From assembly GCA_009859145.1 (NCBI GenBank), contig VRVR01000034.1, positions 233,822 to 297,821 of the forward strand: a DNA stretch of 64,000 bases. The letters are read 5' to 3'. The notes below the pieces were generated by a model that was not told the origin of the DNA, did no database searches, and worked only from the letters and a program-made list of their open reading frames with translations. Every line of letters begins with the position of its first letter. Positions within the stretch are counted from its first letter, which is position 1. Shown here piece after piece: positions 10,605 to 22,262 of the stretch. The DNA is from Andalucia godoyi And28. Lineage: Eukaryota > Protista > Jakobida. Position numbers and translations under genes: made by a program.

Positions 10605-11348
10605 TCAAAAAAGAAGAGGGTCGCGTAGCTTTGCAATCTCCATCTCTACGGAGCGGTTCGCGGGTCTACAAGGACTGCGAAGAGTCTTGATGATGAACAG
10701 CTGGGGACGTCGGATTTTGGAGCTTGCAAGTTCTGCGGTCGTCACAAGCAGTTTGAAGAAGATGAATGTGTATACAGTTTGGAAGATCCTCTTTTGCAGC
10801 TTGTTGTTGCTTTCGTCGCAGCCCGTAGCCAGTTCATTGACTATTGAGACCAGCATCGTCATTCCGATCACGGACGTATGTAGCATCCACACGATACGCT
10901 GCGGAGTCAGCGGAAGAAACAGAGCAGAGCTTTGCGGCAGCACAATGTCCATCGTCAGGATAAGCAGCAGCGACAGAAGAACGGTTCCGATCAGTAAGGG
11001 GATGAGAAAGATTGCGTATTGGTATGTCTGGGCAGTAGCATCGTTCAAGTACGTAATGCAGGACAGTACACCCATCACGACCATTGCAGGGATCACAAAG
11101 TACACGGTAAGCTTGCACCGAAAGTCCGATTCACCGAGTAAGCTCATTGCTTCTTTAAAATGGGCAAACAACACACATCCCATGTGAGCTATCGCAAGTA
11201 CGAGATACAAAGTCACGGAACAGTGAAGCACAATTCCCGCAGGACTGGACAGCTGAACTTGCATCTCAAGCACCGAGGCAGTGATCAGCGAAGTCGTAAA
11301 CAGCGCACTTAGCAGCATGGTGTACGCCCATGCCCATGATGTCTTCAT
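10605..11348 (-). CDS. Orphan ~6-TM membrane protein (paralogue of 9580..10362)
   Basis: Same hydrophobic layout and shared motifs. The start is placed at the ATG at 11348 (MKTSWAWAY) by alignment to the paralogue. Confidence 0.75.
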   Translation of the reverse strand: MKTSWAWAYTMLLSALFTTSLITASVLEMQVQLSSPAGIVLHCSVTLYLVLAIAHMGCVLFAHFKEAMSLLGESDFRCKLTVYFVIPAMVVMGVLSCITYLNDATAQTYQYAIFLIPLLIGTVLLSLLLILTMDIVLPQSSALFLPLTPQRIVWMLHTSVIGMTMLVSIVNELATGCDESNNKLQKRIFQTVYTFIFFKLLVTTAELASSKIRRPQLFIIKTLRSPCRPANRSVEMEIAKLRDPLLF

Positions 11349-11523
11349 TCGCAACACTATCACGCCTCCCCCGCGCTCTCCTTCGTTTGTTGTCCAGCTC
11401 CTTTTCGGTTCTCTCGTTTTTCTTCTTCTTCCCTGTTGTTGTCTGTGCATTTTCTTCCGTATTGAGACTCAGTACTGTCTACTGTAGATGGATGTCGGTT
11501 TTTAAATTTTTTACTATTATTTT

Positions 11524-12036
11524 TTACAGTTGATGATCTTGGGACACCGGACAACTCCAGTATCGAATATGGAAATCCGGTGTTTGCGGTGAGGTCGCTG
11601 CATTCTGCTCGTGGGGACTAGATATGAGAAGGAAGCTGTCTTCCGATTGCGTCCCTGATGACGGATGTAGCCAATCGTCGTCATCGTCGTCGTCGTCGTC
11701 GAGTTGTGCGATCAGCTGCAGTTCCTGGGTTTGGTGGATCAGCAGATTGTCGGCGTAGTCGTCCATCACATAGTGGCTGTCGTCGTCGAGATCGTATTCT
11801 GTACAATCCGAGTCCTCGTCGTTCTGAGTGCATCGAGACTTCCGATCATTCCACTCTTGTAGTTGCTTCTGCTGCGAAAGTCTCTTTGAAACGGCCGCGG
11901 ACAGCACAGGGATGTGCTGCATCGAGTCAACTGCATTTCGTCGTCCCTTTGTGGAGTACCACAACTGCACCTGCTCTGTATTGTCCAGATATGGGCCCTC
12001 ATGCCGCACACACGCACTTCGACAGCTGTTTCCCAT
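11524..12036 (-). CDS. Small acidic low-complexity protein with an MGNSC N-terminus
   Basis: 170-codon ORF from the ATG at 12036, with a poly-Asp tract and no recognisable domain. Confidence 0.55.
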   Translation of the reverse strand: MGNSCRSACVRHEGPYLDNTEQVQLWYSTKGRRNAVDSMQHIPVLSAAVSKRLSQQKQLQEWNDRKSRCTQNDEDSDCTEYDLDDDSHYVMDDYADNLLIHQTQELQLIAQLDDDDDDDDDWLHPSSGTQSEDSFLLISSPHEQNAATSPQTPDFHIRYWSCPVSQDHQL

Positions 12037-13062
12037 ATTTCCCGACTCTTTTTCCATATGAAAATTCTGTATCTATCAATCTACCTACTTATCTATGTCT
12101 TCTATCTGCCGAGGTGCTTCCATCAACTCTCTCCACTCCGTCAATGTGTCTCCGAGGCAGTTGGGTTTATGAGGAACAAACGAATAAGATGGTAGCAAGC
12201 AGAAGGAGAAAACATAAAGAGGGAGAGAGAGAGAGAGAGAGAAGAGAGAGAGATCACGGGACGAGAAAGAGAGAGGAGCGAAACGTTTTTTTTCCTCTTC
12301 ACGTCACACACACGGTTTACGAGTAACAAACCGGAGCGCAAAAGTTGCGGTACATGAGCTGCGAGTTGCTGACATGGCGCTGCAGATTCATGACAGAAAT
12401 GACGGCGGTTAAAAGAAGAGACGCAGCGGAAGTTGACCAGGCGTCGCAGCAACCGGTCTTCGAAGCCATTCCAGGAAGGTCCTTCGTCAAAGTTGCAAAA
12501 GCAGAGTCGCGCTGCCGTCACATACACTCTGCGATCGAGCAAGTTGTTGCGTGAGTGACGAGTACCCAGGTAAAGTGCTGCCTGCTCACATGTCTCCGGC
12601 AATGGACGCTATCACGGTACTGGCAGACAGACTTCGCATCCAAGCAGATTTCGTGGTTCCGGATCTCTTGGCGATCGTCGAAACAAAGTACAGCAATTGG
12701 GTCTGTCAAAGCAGCTGAAGTGTTGAACCGCGAAAAATCGACTTTTGCAGCCTGCTCTCACGATGGGCCAGACAACATTGATAGAGTCTTCAGAAGGTTT
12801 CCCAGGAGACTCTTCCTTGTCCAAGCAGAGCACGATTCGCAAAGGACAACGTACAGGGAAAATATAAAATAGGATATATATATATTTGGTTCTCGACAGC
12901 TTGCCGACCTGCCAGGAACGTTCCATCATGTCCGTAGCGTACTGCCACCGTGTGACCAGATTCTAAGCTTTGTGTGCGCAATGGACAACAGAAATGGGCA
13001 GCGGAATGGAAGAGATTTACAAATGGAAAAAAAAAGAGAGGACTGACAGAGCCGCCGTGGAG

Positions 13063-14001
13063 CTATACAATGGCGGCGCGCTGAGAAGCATACACCCGCA
13101 CGACATCAGCCGCCCTTTTCGCCATGGTAACAGCCCCCTGCCGAGCCCACTCCATTGCAATTGGGACCAGAGGCGCTCGAAGTCTGCCGTCCATAGAGAC
13201 GGACACGACGCGGTTCGAGTGCTGGAGATACACTGCAGTCAGCGTCGCCGCCGCCGACGCTTCTTCTCTCGACACCGGGTCCACCATGAACAGCGTCGTC
13301 ATTCCAGAGCTTGCAGCACTCTCGTTGCCACGCGATGCTCCGTCTCCAGTTTGCTCTTCGTCAAAGACCGATGCAGCGTACGGTGCAAGAGCATTTCCGA
13401 TTGCGGACCGCGGCATTGGGACAGCAGCCACCTGGCATGCACCGACAACATCGCGAAGCATGACGCCCGCATCTGCACACGCCCACGAGGCCGCCTGGAT
13501 GCACGTGGCCAGCAGCCCGCCGTCATTTGCCAAAACTTGCAGACCAATGACCACGACCATGTCATAGTGCGGTGTGCTATTTGCAGATGAGTGAAACGTC
13601 CCTTGAGACGCCGCATGCGAGTACAAAGGGGGCGGCAAGACGACTGCAGCAAGCGACTTCGACACTGCTTCTCTCACATAACTAAGCATCTTGTCCAGTC
13701 GGGACCGCACTCTACGCTCGCCTTGCGCAAACGTCGCACTTGCAATCTCGACCAAAACGCCGATATTTGTATCCGGAACCACACTGACAGACGACTGGTT
13801 CGACACCGTGAACGGAGACGAAGAAAGCGACATCGGGCCGTTCGCAGTCGCCAGCACCCGGGTCCCACCACACTCCAAATACGCAGAGCCGTCGCACTGA
13901 GAAGGATCATCCACAAGCCCAAGTCGAATCCGAGTCGCTCGAGGCTCAAAAGGGCGCCGACCATCCGTTCGCAGACCTTCCGGTGACACTAGATTGCTCA
14001 T
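13063..14001 (-). CDS. RRP41: Exosome RNase PH-ring subunit RRP41-like
   Basis: EGLRTDGRRPFEPR, DGSAYLECGGTRVLATANGP, QVLANDGGLLATCIQAASWACADAGV and DP-x-EE are RNase PH/Rrp41 motifs. Confidence 0.85.
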   Translation of the reverse strand: MSNLVSPEGLRTDGRRPFEPRATRIRLGLVDDPSQCDGSAYLECGGTRVLATANGPMSLSSSPFTVSNQSSVSVVPDTNIGVLVEIASATFAQGERRVRSRLDKMLSYVREAVSKSLAAVVLPPPLYSHAASQGTFHSSANSTPHYDMVVVIGLQVLANDGGLLATCIQAASWACADAGVMLRDVVGACQVAAVPMPRSAIGNALAPYAASVFDEEQTGDGASRGNESAASSGMTTLFMVDPVSREEASAAATLTAVYLQHSNRVVSVSMDGRLRAPLVPIAMEWARQGAVTMAKRAADVVRVYASQRAAIV

Positions 14002-14706
14002 CACTTCATCCAGCACTCCCCTTCCACCAATTGCCTCTTTTTAATCTTGACTATAAATAATAATTTGAACAATACCGACAACACTCAATACCAACGATAC
14101 GTTTATCAGCGAAGCGAAATAGCTAATCATAATTGAAAAGGAAGTATCGCGCTCAGAAGGGCGTTGTTTTTTTACGACTGGCGGAGGGTCCGTTTTCGGT
14201 CCTTCGAGTAGCAAAGGTTTCAGAAAAGAGGAAAGGGGACCGGGCCGGCAGTTCGCTCCGTGCACGGAGGGGATGGACAAGGGAGCGCTAGGTGTGTGCG
14301 CGCGCGGGAGAAAGGTTTTTTTCCGGGCGGGGTTGGCAGGAATTGCTCGGCTTCCAGTAAACGCAAAATGCCCCAAACCGTGCTGCTTCCCTGTTTTGGG
14401 GTGGTTCGTTTGCAGTTCGAGTGCTGTGTTCGTACGCTTCCATTAGAACTCTGCAGTTTCGTCGTCGCATCTTCGAGCAGTTTCCAGATCCGTTCTCCTT
14501 GCTGACCAGTTCACCAGCAGGCCCCCAGTACCTGATCTTCCAAAAGACGAGAGGACCGAGGGGGAAAGGTGGCAGAAATGCCTTCCTCCTTTGCTCTGCC
14601 TTTTCCCTCCAAACCGGATAATAAGAAGGATATAAAAGAAGAAAGAAAAGTAGTAAACAAAAAAAAGGAGACTGTAAGAAATCTTTGAGTTCACCTGTGT
14701 ACGCCA

Positions 14707-15450
14707 ATGTCTGATCTTCTCCATGCTATCCACCATCGAAACAATCCTCTGCATCCAGGTGGCTCTGCGAAGGGAAACAAAAAGCTTGAGAGAGGGGCAA
14801 TGACGTTGAGTGCGCAGTTGGATGGATTCTGGGACCCTTCTTCTGCGCACAACTCGCCGACCACAGCTCCCGCATTAACGCTGACACCGCAGAAGGTTTG
14901 GCGTGTTGCGCGAGTTTCGGAGAAAGCGACCGGCGGCCAGATCCTGGTTCTAGAAACCAAGGTTCCCTCTCCTTCGACGACGACCACTGGAGAAAGTCTC
15001 ATGGCTGGCGGAAAACTGCACGTCGAGGTCGACAATCAGAACGTTTTGCACGTTTGCTTTTCCAAAAGGGCTCCGGAGCGGTCGCCGTTTTCACGCAGCC
15101 GTCTCCGTGACAGCAGTTCATTCTTGCGCGTCAGCTCCGTGGACTCGGAAGACCTTGCGCTTGCGGACCTTGCCGCCATTGTTCCGGAGGGTGCGAAGCC
15201 TTCGGATTTTGAGATTCAAGAGTTCAGCAACGCGTCGTCGTCGTCGTCCGCAGACGATGACACTGCGATCTCGGAAGTCGTCTCCAAGGAAACAATTTCT
15301 GGCTCCGCAGACAAGAAACAGACAGCAACAACGACCAATGTGCATAGGACCTATCGTCTGCCTGCGTACTGCGATACCCGCCGCACTCGTATCGAACGAA
15401 AAGGAAACGCTTTACGTGTATTTGTACCGATATTGACGCGAACCCAGTGA
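14707..15450 (+). CDS. Divergent Hsp20/alpha-crystallin-domain-like protein
   Basis: LHVEVDNQNVLHVCFSKR and HRTYRLPAYCDTRRTRIERKGNALRVFVP resemble alpha-crystallin beta4-5 and beta7-9 strands, split by a Ser/Asp-rich insert. Confidence 0.55.
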   Translation: MSDLLHAIHHRNNPLHPGGSAKGNKKLERGAMTLSAQLDGFWDPSSAHNSPTTAPALTLTPQKVWRVARVSEKATGGQILVLETKVPSPSTTTTGESLMAGGKLHVEVDNQNVLHVCFSKRAPERSPFSRSRLRDSSSFLRVSSVDSEDLALADLAAIVPEGAKPSDFEIQEFSNASSSSSADDDTAISEVVSKETISGSADKKQTATTTNVHRTYRLPAYCDTRRTRIERKGNALRVFVPILTRTQ

Positions 15451-15503
15451 TAAAAAGGAAGCTCCTGCTTGCAACAAATATCCCATCGACGAAAGTCGGT
15501 GTT

Positions 15504-18500
15504 TTACTCTGCCTTTTCAATCTTGGTTGGCTCGGCGGATTCGGAAGCAGATTCGGCTGGCGACATCGCGGTAGTAGTGGTAGTAGTAGTAGTAGGAGGA
15601 GTGGTGGAGCCAGGGGTGGTTGGGGCATCCGCAGAGGGGTCAGAAGAAACGAAAGCATCCGACTGCGGAGTCGCGGGAGTCTCAGGCTCAACTTGTTTGC
15701 CATCCAAAGCATCTCGCACACGCTGCAAAACACCAGCACACTCCGAGTCTGCAAATGAAACAAGTGCCTCGGGATTTCTTTCGAGTTGTTCTCCCAACTT
15801 GGTGCCGAGCCTCGACACCACCCACTCCCGCACAGAAGACTGCGACTGCAAAGCAAGTAACTGCAGTGCTTCTGTTGCGCCCATCCGAATACCCCCAAGG
15901 GATGCTTGGGACCGTGCATCAGGAGAAGCAACACCAGTAAACACCGACTGCCACGGAGAAGCGAAAAGACGCAGGAGCGTATTCAGAGACTGGAAATTCT
16001 TTTCCGCTAACAGGAACGAAGAAGCATTCGAGGGGTCTCGGCTGATGACCTGGACAATGACCTTGGTCGCGAGAACTTCACCACAAACCTCCACATTCAC
16101 TCGCTGGTTTAGTTCGGCAGGTCGGTTGCGGACAATCGTGTTCTTCAGGTCCTCGCCCTTTGTTGACATCCATTCGGCAATGGATTCGCACGAGGAAGAG
16201 CACGACACCGAGAGAGTCCACAACTTGAAGAGAGCATCCGTCAGCGAACCTAGTGATGACGACTGGATGAGATACGTGGTTGTGGACTGAGGAGCTTTTG
16301 ACATCAAAGTGTCCAACAAGGAAATCATCGTGAAGAGAGACAGCAGCAGCACACCCGCAGTGTGCCAATCATCCTTCTTCCCACTGGCCAAGATTTCCTG
16401 AATTCGCGAAACCATGGATGCAAAATCTTCGTTCACCAGCTCCGAAAGACCCTCGAACAAACTCAAAACCGGGACGTCTGCCCCTTTCGTCGGCGTTGCC
16501 GTGGAAGACGAGGAATGGACGTCCTTTGCAGACGGTTTCTTCAGTTTGTTCTTCTCTTCCGCTTCAATCGACGAGTCAGAAAACGAAAATGTTCGAATTG
16601 CGGTGAACAATGCAAACCACGCTGTGAGAAGATGCGAGCTTTCAGAAGACGAAGACACGTCCAAAACCACCTTTCCATATTCCACTCTGCGAACATACGT
16701 TACAAGAGCAGAAATCAGTAATTCAGGGTTGCGCATGCTCACAAATCGACTCTGCAAGAAGACACGGATGTAAATTCCAGAAAGGAACAGCTCTCCCGCA
16801 AGCGACGGCTGCTCGTACTTGTCAAGCCCAAGAAGCGTCCGCATGGAACAAGGATCAATCATAGATGCCTTGGATCCAAAGACGGAAATGACGGTTGTCA
16901 AATGGTCCTCCATAAACTTGGATAGGTACTGCCGAGTATGCTTGTTCCAGATAAGATACGGCGTCTCGTGATCACCCCACAGCCGGTCCGCGAAGATCTG
17001 CGCTTTACCCTCGGAGATTTCAGTGTTGGCGATCGAAGGTGCCGCACCAGCAGCTGCAGGCACATTCGAAACAACAAACACATCCGCGATATCCTTGTCC
17101 AGCAGTGGTCCGCAAAGCAACACGAGCAGGGCTTCTGCCACGAACGATCTAGACGCGCGGCAAGCAGCCAAGGTGGCAGTGTACTTCTTTTCCAACACAG
17201 AAACGTGGGAGGAACGGAGGAACAGAAGGGAACTCAGAGCGAGCACGCTCGTCAGTGCAATTCTCCAATCTTGACGAGTCGTCATCTGCGAAGAGAAAAG
17301 GGAGAATCCAGATGGGAGAGTCGTGACGAGCATAACGTAACTCCAGAGCCTCTCAAACCACTTGCAGTTCAGCAAGCGCGACAGTTCAGCACTGTCAGCG
17401 TGGATATGGGACAGCAAAGCAGAAGACAACACCATCAACACAGAATCCAGCATCACCAAAACAAAAGCGCACATATCCACGGGAATTGTGACTGAAAAAG
17501 TAAGACAGTTGGATAGGAACTTCGCCCACATGTCAAGCGCTTCCGTGGATTCGCCGGCCTTGCTTGCAGATTCCATCAAGGCATCCGCAAAGTAGTTATT
17601 GTTTTGCAAAAAGACATTGACGTGATCCAAGAACGGAGCCGCCTTCAAAGATGTTACACAGAAGGCAGACGGGACGACAGGTACAAGAAGATCCAATGTC
17701 CGCAAAACGGCCACAAAGGCCCGCAGCGTGCCTTCACGCACAAAAAAGCTGAAGCACGACGACACGAACACCTTCAATTCTGCATCCGACATCTGCAGCT
17801 CCGACACCAGCCCACGTTTCGCAAAGATTTGCAAAAACACACCGTCAACAATGTCGAACTGATGCAGCTCAATATAGCCAATCTTGATGTCTGTCTCCTC
17901 GAGCACCTTGTCAGGAGTTGTTGCAGCGTCGGTCTCCACCTCCTCTGCAGAATCGGATTTTGAAATCAAATATCCATTTTCAGGATCATGGAAATCCAGC
18001 AATGCCTTTTCAACATATGCAGCACACTCTTGCTGCATCTGGAAAGTCCAAAAGCACCGGACAGTTTCAACAGGAAGACGTTCCACGGGCACATCGATAC
18101 AACCAACGCAGCCGAATGGAACCATGTTCCTAACCCAAGCCAGCCAATCACGGCACTTCTCTTTACCATGCCAGTCCGCGGGATCGCGATGATGCTCCAA
18201 ATGCTTGATCAGGGAATCGACCGAAGCAGCCGCCGACGACGATCGTCCCAGCAAAGCCAATCGCAGGAGCTTGAGACCGATTCCAGTTCTCCGCATCATA
18301 TCCACCGCTTCAAACACACCAGTCGCAGCAGCAAAGATCCGCAACACCAACGCAGGCTGTGCATCAATGAATGAGCAGACGCGAATGAAGAACGGATCCG
18401 TGTCGAATTTTCCAGAGAGCCAAACAACGGGTTGAATCTTCAACACATGCTGAATTCCAAACTCCAGAACTTCTGCGGTAAACTGCAGCAGCAGAGGCAC

Positions 18501-21500
18501 AAGTGCAGAATCAGCAGAAATTTCAAAGAAGAATTTTGAAAACGCCGCAAAGATGGATGGAGTGGTCGCAACAACGCGCTTGTTCGAGCCCCGCGCATCA
18601 TCGCCGGCATTCAAAATTGCCAGCAGCAAGGCTGCGGCGTCCCCACCCTGCAACCGGTGTATCAACGCATCAAAGTTCGAATACGGCTGTTCCAAGCTGT
18701 CCTCATAGAATCGTGAATTGAAGACGCTCAGTTGCGTGCGATTCAGCAGACTCTCGTTTTCCAAGTCCCTTTCGGTCCACTCATTGCGATCGACGAGTTC
18801 CTGCAAGAATGCGAATGTCACCTTCATGAACTTCTTGATATCCGAAATACGAAAAGGGTGCCCAGGAGGCAGTGCCAGAAAAGGTTTGATAAAAACGCCT
18901 TCAATCCGCAGGACTTCTTCGTTCTCTGGATATCCGCACGGATGCGCCTGCAAGTCGTGCCACGCACCGTTCCAACGCCCGATAATCTTCGCATTCACCG
19001 CAGCGCAGTCGCTCTTCTCGTGACCCTCAAAGAACAACGAATCCAGATATGCGAAGGACTCGACATCTTCCTTGGCATGGATTTCTTGCAACTCGCGGTT
19101 TTCATCACAGAAAGATTCCCAAACACTATCGGAAAACTCAACAAGACGGGATTTCATGGACAAGTCAAACATGACAGTGGGATCCGAAATGCCGTTCTCA
19201 ATCAGACTTGCAAACTTCTTTGATCCGTTCTTGTCGAGAAATTCAACACAAGAGGCAGGAAAGAAGCACGTGATGGATTTGCGCAAATACTTCTGCATGA
19301 TATTAGCCGAAGCCTCTGTGAAGCACACTGGTAGCAGCATCCCCAGCAGATTCGCCAGCAACATGGCCGCCGTTGCATCGCGAAGGGCGTGGGCCGGAGT
19401 AGCAGCAGCAGTGTTTAGTGCGCTTGACAAGAACAAGATCACGTTTACGTGCACCTCGACAGGCGACGCACGTGCACGCAGTATTCTCCAGAACTTATCC
19501 TGGAATCTCGGAGCGATGACCCACGAAGAAAAGTGCGTAAGGCTCGTGAAGTGCTGCAAAATGGAAAGCACATCCAGCCAGACTGGCCACGGATCATTCG
19601 CCAGCGCTGGACAATCTGAAGAAATCGACCATTCCAACGTACTGATCAGCAAGGACGCTCCCGAGTGGTGCACAAAACACATCAGACTCGGAGACGAGTC
19701 CGGCAGTTGCAGGATAACATGCTTGATGATGGAAATGATCAATGAAACAAGCTTCACATCATCCTTTCTTGCGTAATGACGGAGGAAGTGACCGATGACA
19801 TCCCAAAATGCTCGACTAGACTCCTCCTTTTCGTACGTAGACACAGAAAGAGGAGACTCCACGACAAGTTGCACAAAGTTCCACATCTTGAGGATGAGCA
19901 GGATCGCCTGAAAATAGATCGGAGCATGAATCGAGCCCGGATGCACGAGGAGTTCGTGAATTAACGCGAACATCAAGTGCGAGGCTTCTCGGCTTGAAGC
20001 AATCACAATGTTAATCTTGACTTCCGGTCGAACGAGAAAATCAACGTAGAAGCCGTAGATACGACCCGTCCAGTGATCCGATTTGAGAGTTTCAAACGTC
20101 TGAACGAGTTCCGTCGGCAAAAATGGTTGAGGAATGCGAGAAGCATAGTCCTTGATGTGCTTGGTAACAGACGTTCGCAGCTCCGCCAAAGCAGCCTTGG
20201 ACCAGCGAATTCTGGCACTTTCGAACACACCTGCAGGCGAGGTCGAAAGCAACGATGGGGGAACAGTCACCAGTTTTTCAAACAACTGGCTGAAGTTGTA
20301 TCTCTTCATGGAACGAACTTTCACTCTTGTTTCTGCGACCTTGCGATCATTCTTGGACAGCTTCACAACAGACTGCACGGTCCACAATCCCAATGTCGCA
20401 TGTCCATCCAACGTCGCGCCGTTGTCCGCAAGAATTGAACCATCTTGAGTTGATGCCCAGTTCAGCATGTAGTCATTATCGTCCAGCAGCTTGCGGATAA
20501 CGACCACTGCGGGTTCAAACTCGTCCACCAAAACATGCAGCAATCGAGTGCACCACACTCGCTCCACAGGCACCCACGGCATATCATGCGATTCCTCTTG
20601 AATGATGAACTGAAACACCCACAAGACGGTTGCATGCCTCAATGCCACGGCCTGCAGTTTGGTAAAGTGTTCCGGAGTCTGTTCCGACATGACCTTGTAA
20701 ATGATCGAGCAAGCCAGCAGTCGGATACGATAGTCTGAGTGCCTGACAAGATCAAGAATCTTCTCAAACATGGCGCCGTTGTTGGCAAGAATGGTACCGT
20801 CAATCACTTTCAGCTGCATATCATACTGCACGTTTGACGACACACACAGAGCATCAAGAATGCGCAAAGCGAGATATCTGCACTGTTTTGCACTGGGATC
20901 AAGCTTCAGCAACGCCTTCTTCAGACCTTCTGCCAACAATGCAAAGACGGCATCATCTTGGATGAATTCGTGCCGGATGTCCATTTCGATGTCGCTTTTG
21001 TACTTTTCATTCCACGGTCCCGCGATCTTCTCGGACGAGGCATGCACTTTTTGGTCTGCAGTCAGCGGTAACGGGATTGGATGCGGGGAGAAGAAGCAAT
21101 TGACGAACCGGTCCACAATTAGCAGTCCAAGCTCCACCACTTCCACATTTCCCGAAGAGAGAATGCGCAGATACGGTTCCAAAGAAGGACGTTTCTTCAA
21201 AAGCTTGTTGTACGTTGGGTGATTCGTCATGATCCATTCCAGAGCAGTCAATAATTCAATCTGCAATTTGACATCTTTCTCCAAAATCGTTTTGAGAATC
21301 TCCTCGATAATCCTGATGAACTTGTCTTCAATCTTCTTGGCTAACCGACATTCACAAAAACAAAAACAAAAAAAAAAAAACATAAAATATAAATAAATGA
21401 AACAACAACGGCAACAGCAGCAGCAGGAACCACGAAAGCAGCAAGACAAGTTGAAAAACACAATTGAGGGGAAAAACAATCAGCAAACAAAACGAAACAC

Positions 21501-21825
21501 CAACAACAATGAAAATCATAATAGTTATAATTGGAGCTATTGCATACTATCCAAAGGAACATGCGGAGTGCGCGGAATGAGTAGAAACTCGCGAATGATT
21601 CTGCAGTGAAGCATAAGCATAAGCATAAGCATAAGCATAAGAATAAGAGCAAGAATAAGAAGGATTAACATTAGCAAGAAGTCGATCCCGATCATGAAAA
21701 CATTGTTATGCTTCTATAAAGAGCGAGCTCTCAAATGCAACATACTCGGGCCAACCACTGTGGTCCTTGGGAAGTTTGCCGATTTTCTTGACCAAAGCTG
21801 ATTCTTTGCTCGAATCTGCACCCAT
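15504..21825 (-). CDS. RME-8/DNAJC13-like large helical-repeat protein without a J domain; exons 21825-21746, 21600-21548, 21340-15504
   Basis: Two small upstream exons (GTATGT..CTGCAG and GTATGC..GTTAG introns) join in frame as MGADSSKES...GWPE-IIREFLL...PLDT-KKIEDKF. RME-8-like segments are ILDLVRHSDYRIRLLACSIIYKVMSEQTPEHFTKLQAVAL, the IWN repeat HETPYLIWNKHTRQYL, and GELFLSGIYIRVFL...RNPELLISAL. Confidence 0.8.
21609..21640. repeat. (AAGCAT)n hexamer repeat in intron 1 of the RME-8-like gene
   Basis: Read directly. Confidence 0.9.
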
Positions 21826-22262
21826 TCCCTGCTTGTATGATACGTTGTTCGCTTTGCAGAGAAAAATTCACAGCAAAAAATAATAACCAATATGAGCTTA
21901 CATTAATAAATTGAAATAAAATTAAAAAAATCAGATAGAGAGACCAAAGAAAATCAAGCACGCAAGTCCCAAAGCAGCATAATTGGGCAATGCACACGGA
22001 GACACGAACTTTGGCTTGGAGGAGACTGGGGGTTTCCCATTTTGCACGACTTGGGCGATGCTTGAGACTTGATGCCAAAACGCCGACCTTCAATTGAGAC
22101 ACGCAGGTCAGCGTTACAGCCGACTGCGTCTTTTGTGCTCAGTCCTGGGCTCCTTGCCGAGCTCCGAGTATCCCCTACACGAGAGCGCGCGACTGATATT
22201 GTGCTGTACTGCAACCTGCGAGAAGGTGGTTGCTGGATATTGGATACCGGATACTTGACGAC

